DNA of 61,986 nucleotides, filler included, from Stramenopiles sp. TOSAG23-3 (Eukaryota): NCBI GenBank assembly GCA_900128585.1. It is 15 parts of 15 records of this genome, joined end to end, with 100 filler letters (N's around TTAATTAATTAA, not from the genome) between each part and the next. Parts side by side here need not be neighbours in the genome. Positions count along the whole stretch, not along the records: positions 20,753 to 24,800 come from LT643976.1; positions 24,901 to 28,946 come from LT643977.1; positions 29,047 to 33,087 come from LT643978.1; positions 33,188 to 37,227 come from LT643979.1; 11 more parts are not named here. The stretch is one strand, 5' to 3'. Positions 22,646 through 34,942 of the stretch are shown one piece after another (position 1 is the first letter of the stretch; every line of letters starts with the position of its first letter). The notes under the pieces were generated by a model. The model searched no databases and had not been told where the DNA came from. It saw nothing but the letters and a program-made list of their open reading frames with translations. The position numbers and the translations under genes were made by a program.

Positions 22646-22960
22646 CCCAAGAATTTGCAGATGAAAAGCGTACATTTCATGTTGATTACAAAGAAAATGC
22701 ATGTTTTGTGATCGAAGTCAAGGGGTTAAGATAGTACGAGACAAAAAGGACAGCAGCCGCGAGGAAGAAAACCGTGATAAAGATTCTAACTCCGAGGAGA
22801 GTTCAGATGGAAAAGTTGACTAGTTGAAATGCAATATGTTTACGTTTTAAAAACAATAGGGGCAGAGCCAGGCGGTATAATCCTGAATTCAGCCATCGGA
22901 AGGCAGAGCCTCACAATTACTTTTTAAAAATATTTTAGCATATATAGAAAAAAAACAAAA

Positions 22961-23027
22961 TATATAGTATGTTTTAAGACTCTCATTTTAAATCAAATAC
23001 TACTTCAAATCCAACCCTAATCCTATC
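22961..23027 (+). repeat. Dispersed 3'-flank motif B (TATATAGTATGTTTTAAGACTCTCATTTTAAATCA...CTTCAAATCCAACCCT.ATCCTATC), one of four copies
   Basis: Other copies at 35160-35214 (+), 52068-52144 (-) and 58000-58024 (-, partial). Confidence 0.85.
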
Positions 23028-23239
23028 GATGGTTGTCAATCATCATCACAGATGATTAGCATATATAGAAATGTAGATAAACATTTATAGTTTGCCCTGT
23101 TGGTTTTAAAAAACTAATTATGCATAGTTTATTTTTAAGACACTCCAAAAGGAAAACCATTCAAGAACCAAAACTCCTCCTTTTTCCAGAATACGTATCT
23201 TCTGAAAATCTTAATTTTAATTCTAGCACCCGGATCGTG

Positions 23240-24430
23240 TTGACTGGCGCAACATTGGCTACGGATGCAATCTATCGGTAAGCCGGCGCCGCCTACAGCG
23301 AGACTTCAATAGGGCAGTCCTCGAAACAAAGGTGGGCTTCTTCCGCACGTTTACCTCAACCATGCTACAAAATGCAAATTCCCTCGGCGCCCCCGCCACC
23401 CGCAAACTATTGGTGCAAGGCATCGTGCACCCCGAGTCAAAGCGCCCCTTGAGATACCCAACGTCGCGCCATACACCCTACCCTTCCAAGCCCTTGACAA
23501 GGACATAGCCGAATTTGGACAAAGCGCGGCAGGGGCCGTCCTTACCCAAAGTGCCAGGTACTGCCCGTACTCAACCAGTCCACAGGGCTATCAAACGAAG
23601 GATTTACATGCGCGTTCATACACCGTATCACCGGTTCCTACAGACTACTCTTTGGCGCCGGCAGGGAAATGGACGACTTAACACTATGCCCATACCTCAA
23701 AAAGACTGGAGAACCCTGTAGCCGCCGTCTCAACGGATATGTGCACCTCATTGTATGCAAACCACACGGCCTGCACTTCTATCAACACAATCGCCACTCT
23801 ATACGCGTGCTATCAAGATGCCCTACGTACCAGGATAATCAGAGGACAAGCATTCACTTGTTTAAATGAAGACAAACGCCCCAGGGAAATCGGGAACCTA
23901 GTCACATCCACCCCCCGCACACCGGTGCCATACAACGCCGAGTACGCCAAATTCGACGAATGAAACCAAGCAGGCGCCTTACAATATTCGGGGGTCACCT
24001 CCCTCGCGACATGTTCCCGATCAACAACAACGCCCGGGGCCCCAATGTCAACCACAACCCGAACAGTCTAGTGAGACGGAAGGAACAGTTCATCGCCCTC
24101 CTTAACATATGCCGCGACCGGGACCTCCAAGCCTGGAACATTTTCAGAGTAAACGACGACAACGTGGAAGCGCTCGAAATCCCGAGCTACCTGAGCCCTA
24201 CCCGCGATGACGCCCCTAAAATACTGTTTGGGATGAGTCTCAGCGGAGCCTTCTCAGAGAGGGCCCAAGCCCTCTGTCGCCGCCTTGCGGAAATAAAGTT
24301 CCCCATCCCGATCACCTCCGGTAGCCACAGCTACTTAGCAGCACCCCAGAAATGGGCGGACTGGTGGATGCGAATCTTCCAGCGGAATACATTCAGTGTG
24401 GTCGCCAAGTCCAAAGCAGCAGGGATCTGA
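23240..24430 (+). mobile_element. Decayed, 5'-truncated non-LTR retrotransposon of the RLE type (CRE/R2-like), C-terminal part
   Basis: Fragments in shifting frames: SAAGAVLT; LSNEGFTCAFIHRITG; zinc knuckle CPYLKKTGEPCSRRLNGYVHLIVC...HN; and FGMSLSGAFSERAQALCRRLA...WMRIFQRN. Order and pattern fit the post-RT CCHC plus restriction-like endonuclease region. No RT seen. Confidence 0.65.
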
Positions 24431-25099
24431 ATTTTCAAAGCCTTCGCCCCAACATCCCTGCTAATGGACTATGCCGCTGAAGCAACCGACACTGTGCCCC
24501 TGATCAGGCACTCTCAAAGCCCGGCATTGGACAGTTTGGACTCGGAGTCCGAGATAGAACCACAAAGCTCGGGGGACGAGCATTCCAGCAGCGATGACTC
24601 TAATAGTGTCATCCTCATTCGATGACACGGAAGTACAATCCTCAACACAATCCAACAGCGAGCAACGCCTCGACCCTATTACTGTCACCCTCGGATGACG
24701 ACACAGATGTACGGTCTTCAATACAATCATCAGAAAAATGGGGCCAGAGCATTGCCAGCAGGGCGAGACTCCAACTGGCACGCCAAAGAACCACAACCAC
24801 NNNNNNNNNNNNNNNNNNNNNNNNNNNNNNNNNNNNNNNNNNNNTTAATTAATTAANNNNNNNNNNNNNNNNNNNNNNNNNNNNNNNNNNNNNNNNNNNN
24901 AGTTGGAAGTTTTGAAAACAGCATCGTACACCACCGTATAAGTGTGTTTGAATTTTTTTGTCAACGATTCAATCTGCTGTTGAACGGCAAGCATCTTTTC
25001 TTCGTACACTTTTGCTTTTATCGCCAAATCACCCATACTGCTGTCGCACTCATCGATAGCCGCCCCAGTTGCACTTACAGTTGCGCCTATACCAACCAA

Positions 25100-28000
25100 A
25101 GAATCCTGGGCTGTTTTTATTTTGCGACAGACGTTGTCGGACAGTTGTTAAAATCTTATAAATTACTGTTTGGCAAGAAAACATCTGGAAAACAAGTGTT
25201 TTCAAGCATTGGCCGCTGCATTGAGCTGCAACAAAAAGTGGTTGCCCGAAGACAGACGTTTGAAGAGTTTGCATCAAATTATCCAGCAAATTTTAAAGTT
25301 GAAGATGCTATCAAAATATCGCTTAAATTAACCAAACTATTAGAGAAAGGTCAAGTGCAAGCATGCGAGGACGATGCGCTAACGATACTGTGCGATTGGC
25401 TGCATGCCGTAGTCTCTATATTTATTGAGCACGAGACTTTCAAAGTAGAAATTGAACCGTTCCGAGAGAACAATATGAAATGTGAAAAAGAGAGAAAACA
25501 AATAAACCGGAAGATATATGCGATAAAACAATCCAAACAGCAACTGCAGAAAACATTGGGCAACGCTCAAAGTAAACATGCAGAATACGAAGACATCGTT
25601 CTGAAATATGAAGATATACAAACTTCTTTGGAAAACCTGAGAAATCAGTTCTTGCCGCATGTTACTGCCTACAGAAATCATACAGACATTGCAGAAGACG
25701 CTATGAAGACAATGAAAGGAGATATAATTTTATCGGCAGCTTTTGTTAGTTTTTGCGGTCCGATGGCATCGGAATTAAGGCAAAAGTGTTGGAAAGATTG
25801 GAAAGTGAAACTAAGGGACTTGGGAATCATATGCAGCGATGCGTTAAAAGGTAAGGAGAGCGACGGAAAAACAGAAATCACAAACGATGATGCGAGGGAA
25901 ACAGACAACTGTATTAATCGACTAACAATCTTAGGTAGAACTTTTTCGGCAAGAACAGATGATTTTGAAATGTTTCCTGTAGCTCATTTTCGCGAAAACA
26001 AATTGATTATAGAGCACAACAACACTAACGATGCAATCATTATTGACCCGGATGGACATTACAGGGCCTGGGCGTACTACGGCGAGGTCGCGCAGAACAA
26101 CTCTGAAAAGTCTTTATCAGCTTACGATTGCCTGCCAAAGCTGCAAACGTCCACTTGGTACACTAAAACGTTAGTTAGTGTAGACCAAGCCCATGAACAT
26201 TATTTTGTAGAACGGTTGTTGTGCATGATAATGGAGTTATATGACACGGATCGTGATGCAACATTAAGCGTGCTAAAATTGGTTCCACAGAAAACATTCG
26301 ATGCCGAAGAGAAAATGGCCCAGGCCATAGATACCACCGCGCAACGTATTACGGAGTTGAACAATAATTTAGCGGAAGCATATGCTATCCAAAAGTTACA
26401 CCAATGTTTATCGCAAAAAGAGCAGGAGTACGATATATTCTTTAAAGAGCAAGAAGAGGAAGTTTCACTGTTGAGATGCACTATCAGCAAAAGTCGAGAA
26501 AACTGGTATAATGTAGCCCACTTTTTATATTTCCTCTATATGGGGATAAAATCAATGGCATACATTGCCCCAGTGGAATCAGTGTCATTTTCATCGTTTC
26601 TTAATGTGGCAAAATTGACACTGTCACAGGCTTCGGCATTAAGCGCAGATATGACTCATGTAAAAAAAATCAAATGTGTCGCTGCTGGCATTACGTGTCT
26701 TTTTTTTAGTCGAATATCAAAACATCATCGTTCTTCATTTTTGTTGGCACTATGGAAGCAAACGAGGCTTCATTTGTGCGCTATTGGTGCGGGACCCGAA
26801 GTAGTTGGCACTGAGTGGGAAGCATTATCAATGGCTCACGAAAAAAGCGGGCAAGACCCTATTTTTGGGACTCAAGTGAGTAGCAGAAAGCTTACCGTGC
26901 AGGAGAAGAACCAAAAGCAAAAGATTCAAAAAGATGTTCCGGACCATATTGCTAAATGGTGTACTAGTAGTACGTGGCAAAAGCTTGTGCAGTTATGCCG
27001 CTCGGTCTCCTCATTCCAGCCACTACTCGATGGTCTAGCAAACCCCTTAGCCACAACAATCTCATCTTCCTTAAGCAATTGGCACGGCAATTGTACAAAA
27101 TATATATCTGATGCATGCATCGGTAGTATCGGGCCGGACAAACTTGGCGAAAAGCTGTGGGCAGAGCAGCTGCCAGGAATTGAGAATTCACCATTAAAAA
27201 AGTTGGTTTTCTTTAAATTTGTTTTCCCGCAAGTGCTTCCGCATTGCTTGTCTATTTTTTTCCAGAAGGACCAGATATTTGGAGGCGTGATGCAAGCTTT
27301 GAAAGCGAGGCAAAAATTAGTTCGAACCGAGCATGTGGAATCCTTTCTTAATCTACCAGGAAATCCTGTCCACCTTCTTGTTGCCAATGACCCGTCTATA
27401 GAAACGATGGGCCTAATACACCATACTGCTATTGGTATGGGACATTCTAATTTGAAAAATATTATAATCAAAACTTTTGCCGAGAAGTTAGATTTAAAGC
27501 AGTGCAAGTCTATGGCTCAAAGCGGTGGATGGTTGCTCGTATTAAGACCTGATGTAGGGACAAAGAAAACAACGCTCGATGTCCTAAAATGTATTTCAGA
27601 CACTTTATCGTCTCAAAAACAACACCCTGACTTTCGTTGCATCATCGTTCTTGATAGACATTTAGGAACGGGACATTTATCGCAAGCCTTTGTGGAGAGA
27701 CTCCCTTGTTTATTGGTGAATAAAATTTCTACAGTGCACGGAAGCATAATAGAGCATATGTACCACGAAGACTGGTCCTCTTTGCCAGAGAGCCTGAGGT
27801 CAGCCTACTTTTTCGCATCGCGTGTCTATGGTGCACTAGCATCCGAATTGGAAGGTCAGAAGGTATTTAATGGCGACTCGCTGACTGTGGGAGACAATCA
27901 TTTTAAGCTGTTTTGGGGAATATTAACCCAGCCTGACATAATTCAGCAAATAGTTGATTGCAGTGGAAGCCAACCTCGCGTTGCAGAGCAGCGCGTTGCA

Positions 28001-28946
28001 GCAAGCGACAAATTAAACCAGCACAGCACATTGGAGATGAATACTCTGTCTGTCGTCGAAAAATTTGTACTGAGTGTCTTGATGGTGGCGTTAAGGACGG
28101 AAACGTTCACTGATGGCGAGCGCATGCAGACGACCAGGACGTTAAAGCGCATATGCAGGGTTGTGAGCACAAACAGCGACAAGAAGACAGACACTTCTCG
28201 GAATCAACATATGGCCCAAAGCGCAATGTCTGTTAAGAACTATGCTTCCAAATTACTTTCACTGAATATGGTGGGAGCAAATGATTTAGCAGTTTCAGGG
28301 GTCACAACCACACTGTTTTCATTAGAAGTCTGCCAACATCTCCAACAAACAAACAATCCTGTAAAGAACTTCGGAAGTTCCGACCTAAAGAAATCAAAAA
28401 CCGCACCGTACGCGGGAAGGTTCAAAAAATATTTGAATGACCTACTATCGCTGAATATAAAGGCACAAAACCTCCTCCAAAACATGTCGATTGCACCATC
28501 GATTTCTGCCGTGGAGCTGGTCGCGCTGCAGTCAGAAAGAACTTCCCACCAGTCCATTGCAAAACAAATTTGGAACGACTTGATTATGTGTATTGCAGAA
28601 GTAGACAAACCTTTTGAAGATAGCTTCAAAGGCATGTCTGCATACATGGAATCAAAATTTAGGCACGGAACCTTCGAAAACGTTTATTCCGCTTTGTACT
28701 GTGACGCTGTACCACATTCTTGGAATCGAATTATGAAAGAGAATTCCCCCATGGCATGGATGAAAAGGTTCAATGTTCGGGCAAGGTACCACACTGCGTG
28801 GGCAACTGCTGGCAGGACGATGGGCCTTGCTCTGCCGATGTACTCAGAACCACTGTACACACTCTTTATGATCAAATACAAGTTTGCGTGCCAGTATCAG
28901 TTGCCAATTTCTGATGTGGTACTGGTAACGGAAAACACATTTGTGG
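25100..28946 (+). CDS. Highly divergent dynein heavy chain-like protein: stalk, AAA5, AAA6 and C-terminal region (partial both ends)
   Basis: GDIILSAAFVSFCGPMASELRQ, IIIDPDG, GGWLLVL, HPDFRCII, LYCDAVPHSW and FACQYQLPISDV follow the order of the dynein GDxLLAAAFxSYxGPF, PLxIDPQ, GxWVLL, HPDFRL, VPxxW and ARKxxxPID motifs. Confidence 0.8.
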
Positions 28947-29214
28947 NNNNNNNNNNNNNNNNNNNNNNNNNNNNNNNNNNNNNNNNNNNNTTAATTAATT
29001 AANNNNNNNNNNNNNNNNNNNNNNNNNNNNNNNNNNNNNNNNNNNNATAATACGAAATTTTACACACATAACAAAAAAACTACATAACACACAAATAAAA
29101 AAAAGGAACAAAATAAATGCCTCTGCACGGGAGAATGATGAACTAATTATAGTACCGACTGCCGTATTGCACTTTCCGACATGTTTCCCTTTACGAACTG
29201 TTTGTCTGCACGCT

Positions 29215-29751
29215 CTAGTTACCTCCTGGCGGGCCCATTCCCGGGGGCGGGAACGCCATCATTCCCGGAGCACCCGGCGGTGGTCCTCCCATCATGCCTG
29301 GGGGAGGGCCTCCCATCATCGGTGGCATCATTCCTGGCGGCGCACCTCCCATCATCCCACCCATGGGTGGCATCATTCCTGGCGGCCCACCCATCGCCAT
29401 GGGAGGGGGCAGCCCACGGTCGACACTTCTTGCAACGCCAGGGCCGCGTTTCGATTGTTTCAACCCCGCTCCTGCTCGCTTCGACGGAACTGGGGGCCCT
29501 TCTACAGCCAACGATACAATATTTTCACCTCGCAACAACACCAGCCCAAGCATACGCCTTTCTTCTCGAACTTCACCTTTCTTTTTACCCTTTCCTTTAA
29601 TTTGTCTAAATTCTTCACAGTCTCCTAACACTAAGTTCATGTGTTTATCAAATGCCATAAAAGTCCCAATCAAAGACCTATTATCTTGTATGGTAACTCG
29701 CATGCGATAGTTGATATAATTCATCATTTTACTACTTTTATTGGTCGCCAT
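29215..29751 (-). CDS. SNRPB: Small nuclear ribonucleoprotein SmB/B'
   Basis: [37 protein letters not shown]...[20 protein letters not shown] with a Pro/Gly/Met-rich tail. Confidence 0.97.
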   Translation of the reverse strand: MATNKSSKMMNYINYRMRVTIQDNRSLIGTFMAFDKHMNLVLGDCEEFRQIKGKGKKKGEVREERRMLGLVLLRGENIVSLAVEGPPVPSKRAGAGLKQSKRGPGVARSVDRGLPPPMAMGGPPGMMPPMGGMMGGAPPGMMPPMMGGPPPGMMGGPPPGAPGMMAFPPPGMGPPGGN

Positions 29752-30287
29752 GGTTGGTGAAAAAACGCCTTCTTTCTACTGCAATGCAAAAAAATCAACA
29801 AACAATCGAGGTTTCTATCGTGTTGTGTATTTCGCTTAGATATATCCATCCGTGATCCTTCCCGCCGTTTCACCTCTTTTCTCAAATGCAATCGTAACAA
29901 AACATTGTATGCAAGAAGACACTCCGTTCTACAATGCAATCAATTGCTTTCAATCAAACGATGCGCATGAAGATAGGATCGTATTGGAGAGTTAGGAAGA
30001 CTGACTTAAAATGTAATATATAAACTTCATTCCATGTATTAATATAATATACTATTTATATAAATAGTCTTATTAATGTAAAAAACAAAAATGTTGAAGG
30101 CCAATCAATTTTTATCAATTCTATCGCATACATTAGAGAGCAAGGAGCAATTGATGAAGTTGATGTGAATTACCTATCTATATATTACTACTATACTATA
30201 TATTTACTATTAAGTATATATATAATACTATTACATAGTCTAGTACTCGACTTTAGTGTCAATTGGTTGTCCTCTTCTTTTTATAAT

Positions 30288-30583
30288 TCTTCATTCTTCT
30301 TTTTTTTTTTTCTTCTTCTTCTTCTTCTTCTTCTTTCTTCATTCTTCTTTTTCTTCTTCTTTTTTTTTCTTTTTCTTCTTTCTTCTTCTTCTTCTTCTTC
30401 TTCTTCTTTCTTCTTTTTTTTCTTCTTCTTCTTTTTTTTTCTTCTTCTTCTATCTTCTTCTTCTTTCTTCATTCTTCTTTTTCTTCTTTTTTTTTCTTCT
30501 TCTTCTTTCTTCTTCTTCTTCTTCTTCGCTTCTTCTTTCTTCTTCTTCTTCTTCTTCGCTTCTTCTTTCTCTTTTCTTCGCTT
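30288..30583 (+). repeat. (TTC)n / poly-T low-complexity tract
   Basis: About 300 bp of TTC and T runs between the divergent SmB and PLRG1 genes. Confidence 0.95.
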
Positions 30584-30914
30584 CGCGTAATAAATAAAAT
30601 AATAATTTTTTTTTTCTTCTTTGTTTTTTTCTCACACCTTCTACTACTTGGTACCTCAATTACAAATTTTAATCTCATTCAATATTATAGCTATAGACCT
30701 TCCAATATAAATGACTAATGAACGTAAGATATATCTCTCCTCGTTTTCTTTCCCATTCTTATTTTTCTTAAATTCAATACATCTAAAGAGAATAAGAAGT
30801 GCTGTATCATTACTTTGATTGTGTATACGCGTAACGAGCTTGTTTTTTGTGTTTGTAAGTGGGTGGGCTTACGCCGGGGAAAGTTTATAGCAAAATAGTA
30901 GAACGGACGGGAAT

Positions 30915-32336
30915 ATGTCTAGCCAAAAGGTTCAAGGAGTCAACGAGTCGGTTGAGAAAATGCTGTCTGCATCGTTTAAACGAACGTATGAACTATTTAA
31001 GCACGATGGCAGAGACGGTGTTGCCTACTTGGACGCGCCGTTTCTGGGGTCGACCGGAGTGCACAAAACGTCCAAAACGACCTACGAGTACAAATTAGTG
31101 AAGGACCTGCCGAACAACAACCATTCGGGAAGAACGAAGAAAAAGTCGCGCCGGCAACCGAAGGCCGAGGCGAGGGCAAAGAAAATAGAAAACAAGCCAG
31201 CGGCAGCACTGGCAGCCCCTTCGACGGAATTGACCGTTCACCGCCCAGAGCAGGCCGCGGACGCCGTCTCTGCGTTCAACAAACGGACGAATACGGAAGA
31301 GGTCAAATCGCTCGCCGTCGCGCTGCGGCGCCCCAATAGAAGCCAACGGGCGGAGCCCACGTGGCACCCGCAATGGAAGCTAATGCGCGTGATTAGTGGG
31401 CATTTGGGATGGGTCAGGTCGGTTGCTGTGGAACATGGAAACGAGTGGTTTGCTACCGGGAGCGCAGACCGCACGATTAAGATATGGGACCTTGCGTCAG
31501 GGACGCTAAAGCTCACGTTGACCGGGCACATCAATACCGTCCGGGGACTTGTCGTTTCCCCACGCCACCCGTACCTCTTCTCGGTGTCGGACGACAAGAC
31601 CGTCAAGTGCTGGGACTTGGAGACGAACCAAGTAGTCCGTCACTACCATGGCCACCTGAGTGGGGTGTACTCTGTGGCGTTGCACCCAACCCTCGACGTT
31701 CTCGTTACCGGGGCACGGGACTCGTCTGCCCGGGTGTGGGACATGAGAACAAAGAAACAAATCCACATCCTTGGCGGGCACGACGGGTCGGTGAACACCG
31801 TCGCGTGCCAAGGGGCCGACCCACAGGTGGTCACCGGATCGGCGGACAGCACGATTCGCTTGTGGGATTTGGCGACGGGGAAAACCATGACCACGCTGAC
31901 CAACCATAAGAAGGGCGTTCGGGCGATGGCGCTGCACCCGACCGAATTCACCTTTGCCTCTGCCTCCGCGGACAACATCAAGAAATGGAAGTTTCCAGAA
32001 GGCCGTTTCATGGACAACTTCCAAGGGCACGACACGATCGTGAATTGCTTGTCCTTGAACCACGACGGCGTCATGGTAAGCGGCGGGGACGATGGAATCT
32101 TGAAGTTCTGGGACTGGAAAAGTGGGAATGTCTTTCAGAGCACCAAGACCATCAACCAGCCGGGGTCGCTAGCCGGGGAAGCCGCCATTTTTGCAAGCAC
32201 CTTCGACCAGTCAGGCTCCCGTTTGATTACCTGCGAAGGCGACAAGACCATCAAGATATGGCGAGAGGATGAAATGTCCACCAAGGAGACCCACCCAGTG
32301 GTCTTTGACAGGGACGAGATGAGAAAACGGTATTGA
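30915..32336 (+). CDS. PLRG1: Pleiotropic regulator 1 / Prp46 (WD40, Prp19 complex)
   Basis: [56 protein letters not shown] and [17 protein letters not shown]. Confidence 0.97.
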   Translation: MSSQKVQGVNESVEKMLSASFKRTYELFKHDGRDGVAYLDAPFLGSTGVHKTSKTTYEYKLVKDLPNNNHSGRTKKKSRRQPKAEARAKKIENKPAAALAAPSTELTVHRPEQAADAVSAFNKRTNTEEVKSLAVALRRPNRSQRAEPTWHPQWKLMRVISGHLGWVRSVAVEHGNEWFATGSADRTIKIWDLASGTLKLTLTGHINTVRGLVVSPRHPYLFSVSDDKTVKCWDLETNQVVRHYHGHLSGVYSVALHPTLDVLVTGARDSSARVWDMRTKKQIHILGGHDGSVNTVACQGADPQVVTGSADSTIRLWDLATGKTMTTLTNHKKGVRAMALHPTEFTFASASADNIKKWKFPEGRFMDNFQGHDTIVNCLSLNHDGVMVSGGDDGILKFWDWKSGNVFQSTKTINQPGSLAGEAAIFASTFDQSGSRLITCEGDKTIKIWREDEMSTKETHPVVFDRDEMRKRY

Positions 32337-32481
32337 ATGCTTAGCGTTTCGTATTTTAATATATATGTATTGGTATATATATACATGAGAAGGAAACTCA
32401 ATGTTTTAGGGTATTACGGTGCCCCCGAGATACGGTATACTTCTTCAGTGGACATTCTTAAGTAATAAACTCCAGCGATTA

Positions 32482-32760
32482 TTACCGGTAGCCGCCCTGC
32501 TGCTGCTGCTGCTGCGCCGCCTTCACCATTCTACCTTGCAAAAACTGGGTAGTGTTCAAGTAAGATTTGGCACAGTTTGCCACGCACTCGCTTTCGCTGG
32601 ACGAAATAGTTCTATCCGCATATTTGACGCACTTTTCCCAGCAGATGTGTGTGAGCTGCATCATTGTCTGCTGCATGACTGCCTGTTGCTGAAGCTGGGC
32701 AACCTCTTGTTGCATACGGGCCTCTTGGGGCGACCCCGAAAGACGATCGTAACGACTCAT
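32482..32760 (-). CDS. TIM8: Small Tim chaperone, Tim8-like
   Basis: Twin CX3C motif CWEKC...CVANC; 92 aa from the ATG at 32760. Confidence 0.8.
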   Translation of the reverse strand: MSRYDRLSGSPQEARMQQEVAQLQQQAVMQQTMMQLTHICWEKCVKYADRTISSSESECVANCAKSYLNTTQFLQGRMVKAAQQQQQQGGYR

Positions 32761-33397
32761 TCTGTAGGTACACCGGGAACGAAAGATCAAACGTAAAAAA
32801 GATAAAAATGTAAACAAAAAAATAGTTCGTGGTTTCTATTCTTCGTGTGTATTTCTTTCAAACAGACGCTAGTGAAATACGAACAATTTCTTATCTATGA
32901 ACACGCATTATAGAAATATATCAGAAGTCTTTGTGATTACAACAAATCTCGAATTATTATAATAGAAAAAGAAGTTTATGATGATTGTTTGGTGTGGAGG
33001 AGGATGGGATTGATGGTTGATGGTCGGTCGGTTGGATCCATGGTGTGTCCTACTAAGGAGAAGAAGAAAGAAGAAAGAAGAAAGAAGNNNNNNNNNNNNN
33101 NNNNNNNNNNNNNNNNNNNNNNNNNNNNNNNTTAATTAATTAANNNNNNNNNNNNNNNNNNNNNNNNNNNNNNNNNNNNNNNNNNNNAAAAAAAGAATAA
33201 TAGGTGCTATTATACAAAGGTAAACATTTGTTTTATTGTTTATTAAACACTGTGGGTGGACAACAATAATGGAATTCTTCAAACTGATTACATAATTGAA
33301 TTTAATCTATACTGATTGTTCGGGCGCGACATGCGTGGGATATATGTAGATGGTTAGATAAACATTTTTATTTTTTGTTTAACGTGTACGTGAAAGG

Positions 33398-34942
33398 ATG
33401 CGAATGTCGTCAAAGGCAACACGGTCTGCACTGTTATGGAGGTCGTTCTCGAGCCGTTGTTCTTTTCGGTGGCTTCCCCGTACACGAAGTGCCCGTCAAC
33501 GTTTTTTCTCTGCGCTTCCCGAAAATGATGCGGGGTTGAAAATGCGAACGCCGTCTTTGGCATACGATGAATTCGTCGCAAGCGGTGTGGTCAAGCACGA
33601 CGAGGCCCAGGTGGAGGTAGTGCAGTCGTTGGACAGTTTGTTTGTTCAACTTGGTGAGACTGACCACAACAGTGAGACCACAGCGCACAGTTTCGGCGCG
33701 GCTACGTTTTTGCCCTCCTCCGCGTTGGGGAAGCTGGAGAGAAAGTTTAGATCATGGCATCAAATTCAAAAGCACAAAAATGTCCCAAAAGGCTTGTACA
33801 TCCATGGGGGCGTGGGCGTTGGAAAATCGTTTGTAATGGACATGTTTTACAACTGCTGCGTTGCCAGTGGGGTAACCTCTCAGCGAGGTGCCACGCGCCT
33901 GCATTTTCACGAGTTCATGAAGATGGTACACTTGACAATTCACAAAGTCAAGCGCGACAAAGACGTGATGGACCCGTTGCCACACGTGGCGCATATCATT
34001 GCGAGCGAATCGAAACTGCTCTGTTTCGATGAATTTCAAGTGACGGACATTGGCGATGCCGTCGTGTTGAAAGGTTTGTTTGAAAATTTGTTCGACATGG
34101 GAGTGACGGTCGTGGCGACAAGCAACCGTGCGCCGGAAGAATTGTACGAGGGCGGGCTGAACCGCAGCCTGTTCCTTCCGTTCATAGATTTCATGCACGA
34201 GCGCTGCGATGTGCTCTACCTGCCGAGCAAGCACGATTACCGCGCAACGTGCATCGACCAAGATGCTCGACGAAGGGACGTATTTCTCCATCCACTCGGC
34301 GAGCGCACGACGGAAGAGCTGTTGGGTCTCTTTCATGAGATTGGCAGAAACACGGTAGGCGATGAAACCTTGGAGGTCGTGGCCCAGCCCGTGGATTTAG
34401 ATGTTGGCTTTGGAAGATCTCGCAAAGTGAGGAATACTGTTGGAAAGGCCGCGTTTTTCCAATTCGATGAATTGTGTTTAGAGCCATTGAGCGCCATCGA
34501 TTATTTGTGCCTAGCAAAACATTTCGACGCCATCGTAGTCGACAACGTGCCCGCGCTGGACGATAACCGGCACAACGAGGCGCGACGGTTCATCACGCTG
34601 GTCGACACGCTGTACGAAGAGGGCACTTGCTTATTTGCCGGCTGCGCAGTTCCTTTGGACAGATTGTTCGAGGACAACAACGTTGCTGTGGATTTGCTGG
34701 CTGGGGGCGAAGGTTCCAATGAAGCGAACGATGCCGTGCATATCGATGGTGCCGGAGGTTCCTCTGGGCGCAGCACGACCATGATTGGCGAGATGGAATG
34801 GTCTGCGACAGGGCGAGCAGGCGCTGCTTTGGCCGAGTACAGCGCTTCTCGGGATGTGTCGTTTGCGTTTGAACGGGCAAAGTCAAGGCTCACTGAAATG
34901 GCATCTAGCGGGTACCGAGCGAAACGCGGCGTCCTGGCCTAA
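33398..34942 (+). CDS. AFG1: AFG1/LACE1 (ZapE-family) mitochondrial ATPase
   Basis: PKGLYIHGGVGVGKS (Walker A), LHFHEFM, LLCFDEFQVTD, ATSNRAPEELYEGGLNR and EARRFITLVDTLYE; Arg-rich presequence-like N-terminus. Confidence 0.95.
   Translation: MRMSSKATRSALLWRSFSSRCSFRWLPRTRSARQRFFSALPENDAGLKMRTPSLAYDEFVASGVVKHDEAQVEVVQSLDSLFVQLGETDHNSETTAHSFGAATFLPSSALGKLERKFRSWHQIQKHKNVPKGLYIHGGVGVGKSFVMDMFYNCCVASGVTSQRGATRLHFHEFMKMVHLTIHKVKRDKDVMDPLPHVAHIIASESKLLCFDEFQVTDIGDAVVLKGLFENLFDMGVTVVATSNRAPEELYEGGLNRSLFLPFIDFMHERCDVLYLPSKHDYRATCIDQDARRRDVFLHPLGERTTEELLGLFHEIGRNTVGDETLEVVAQPVDLDVGFGRSRKVRNTVGKAAFFQFDELCLEPLSAIDYLCLAKHFDAIVVDNVPALDDNRHNEARRFITLVDTLYEEGTCLFAGCAVPLDRLFEDNNVAVDLLAGGEGSNEANDAVHIDGAGGSSGRSTTMIGEMEWSATGRAGAALAEYSASRDVSFAFERAKSRLTEMASSGYRAKRGVLA

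Noticed and set aside
30165-30678. Poly-Phe/Ser/Lys/Arg/Glu ORFs (also 8029-8256 and 39578-40235)
   Set aside because: These are translations of TTC/GAA microsatellites.
29215-32336. Head-to-head spliceosomal genes SmB and PLRG1 as a co-regulated pair
   Set aside because: The adjacency is real, but a single instance with a 1.1-kb low-complexity spacer and no shared motif cannot be separated from chance.
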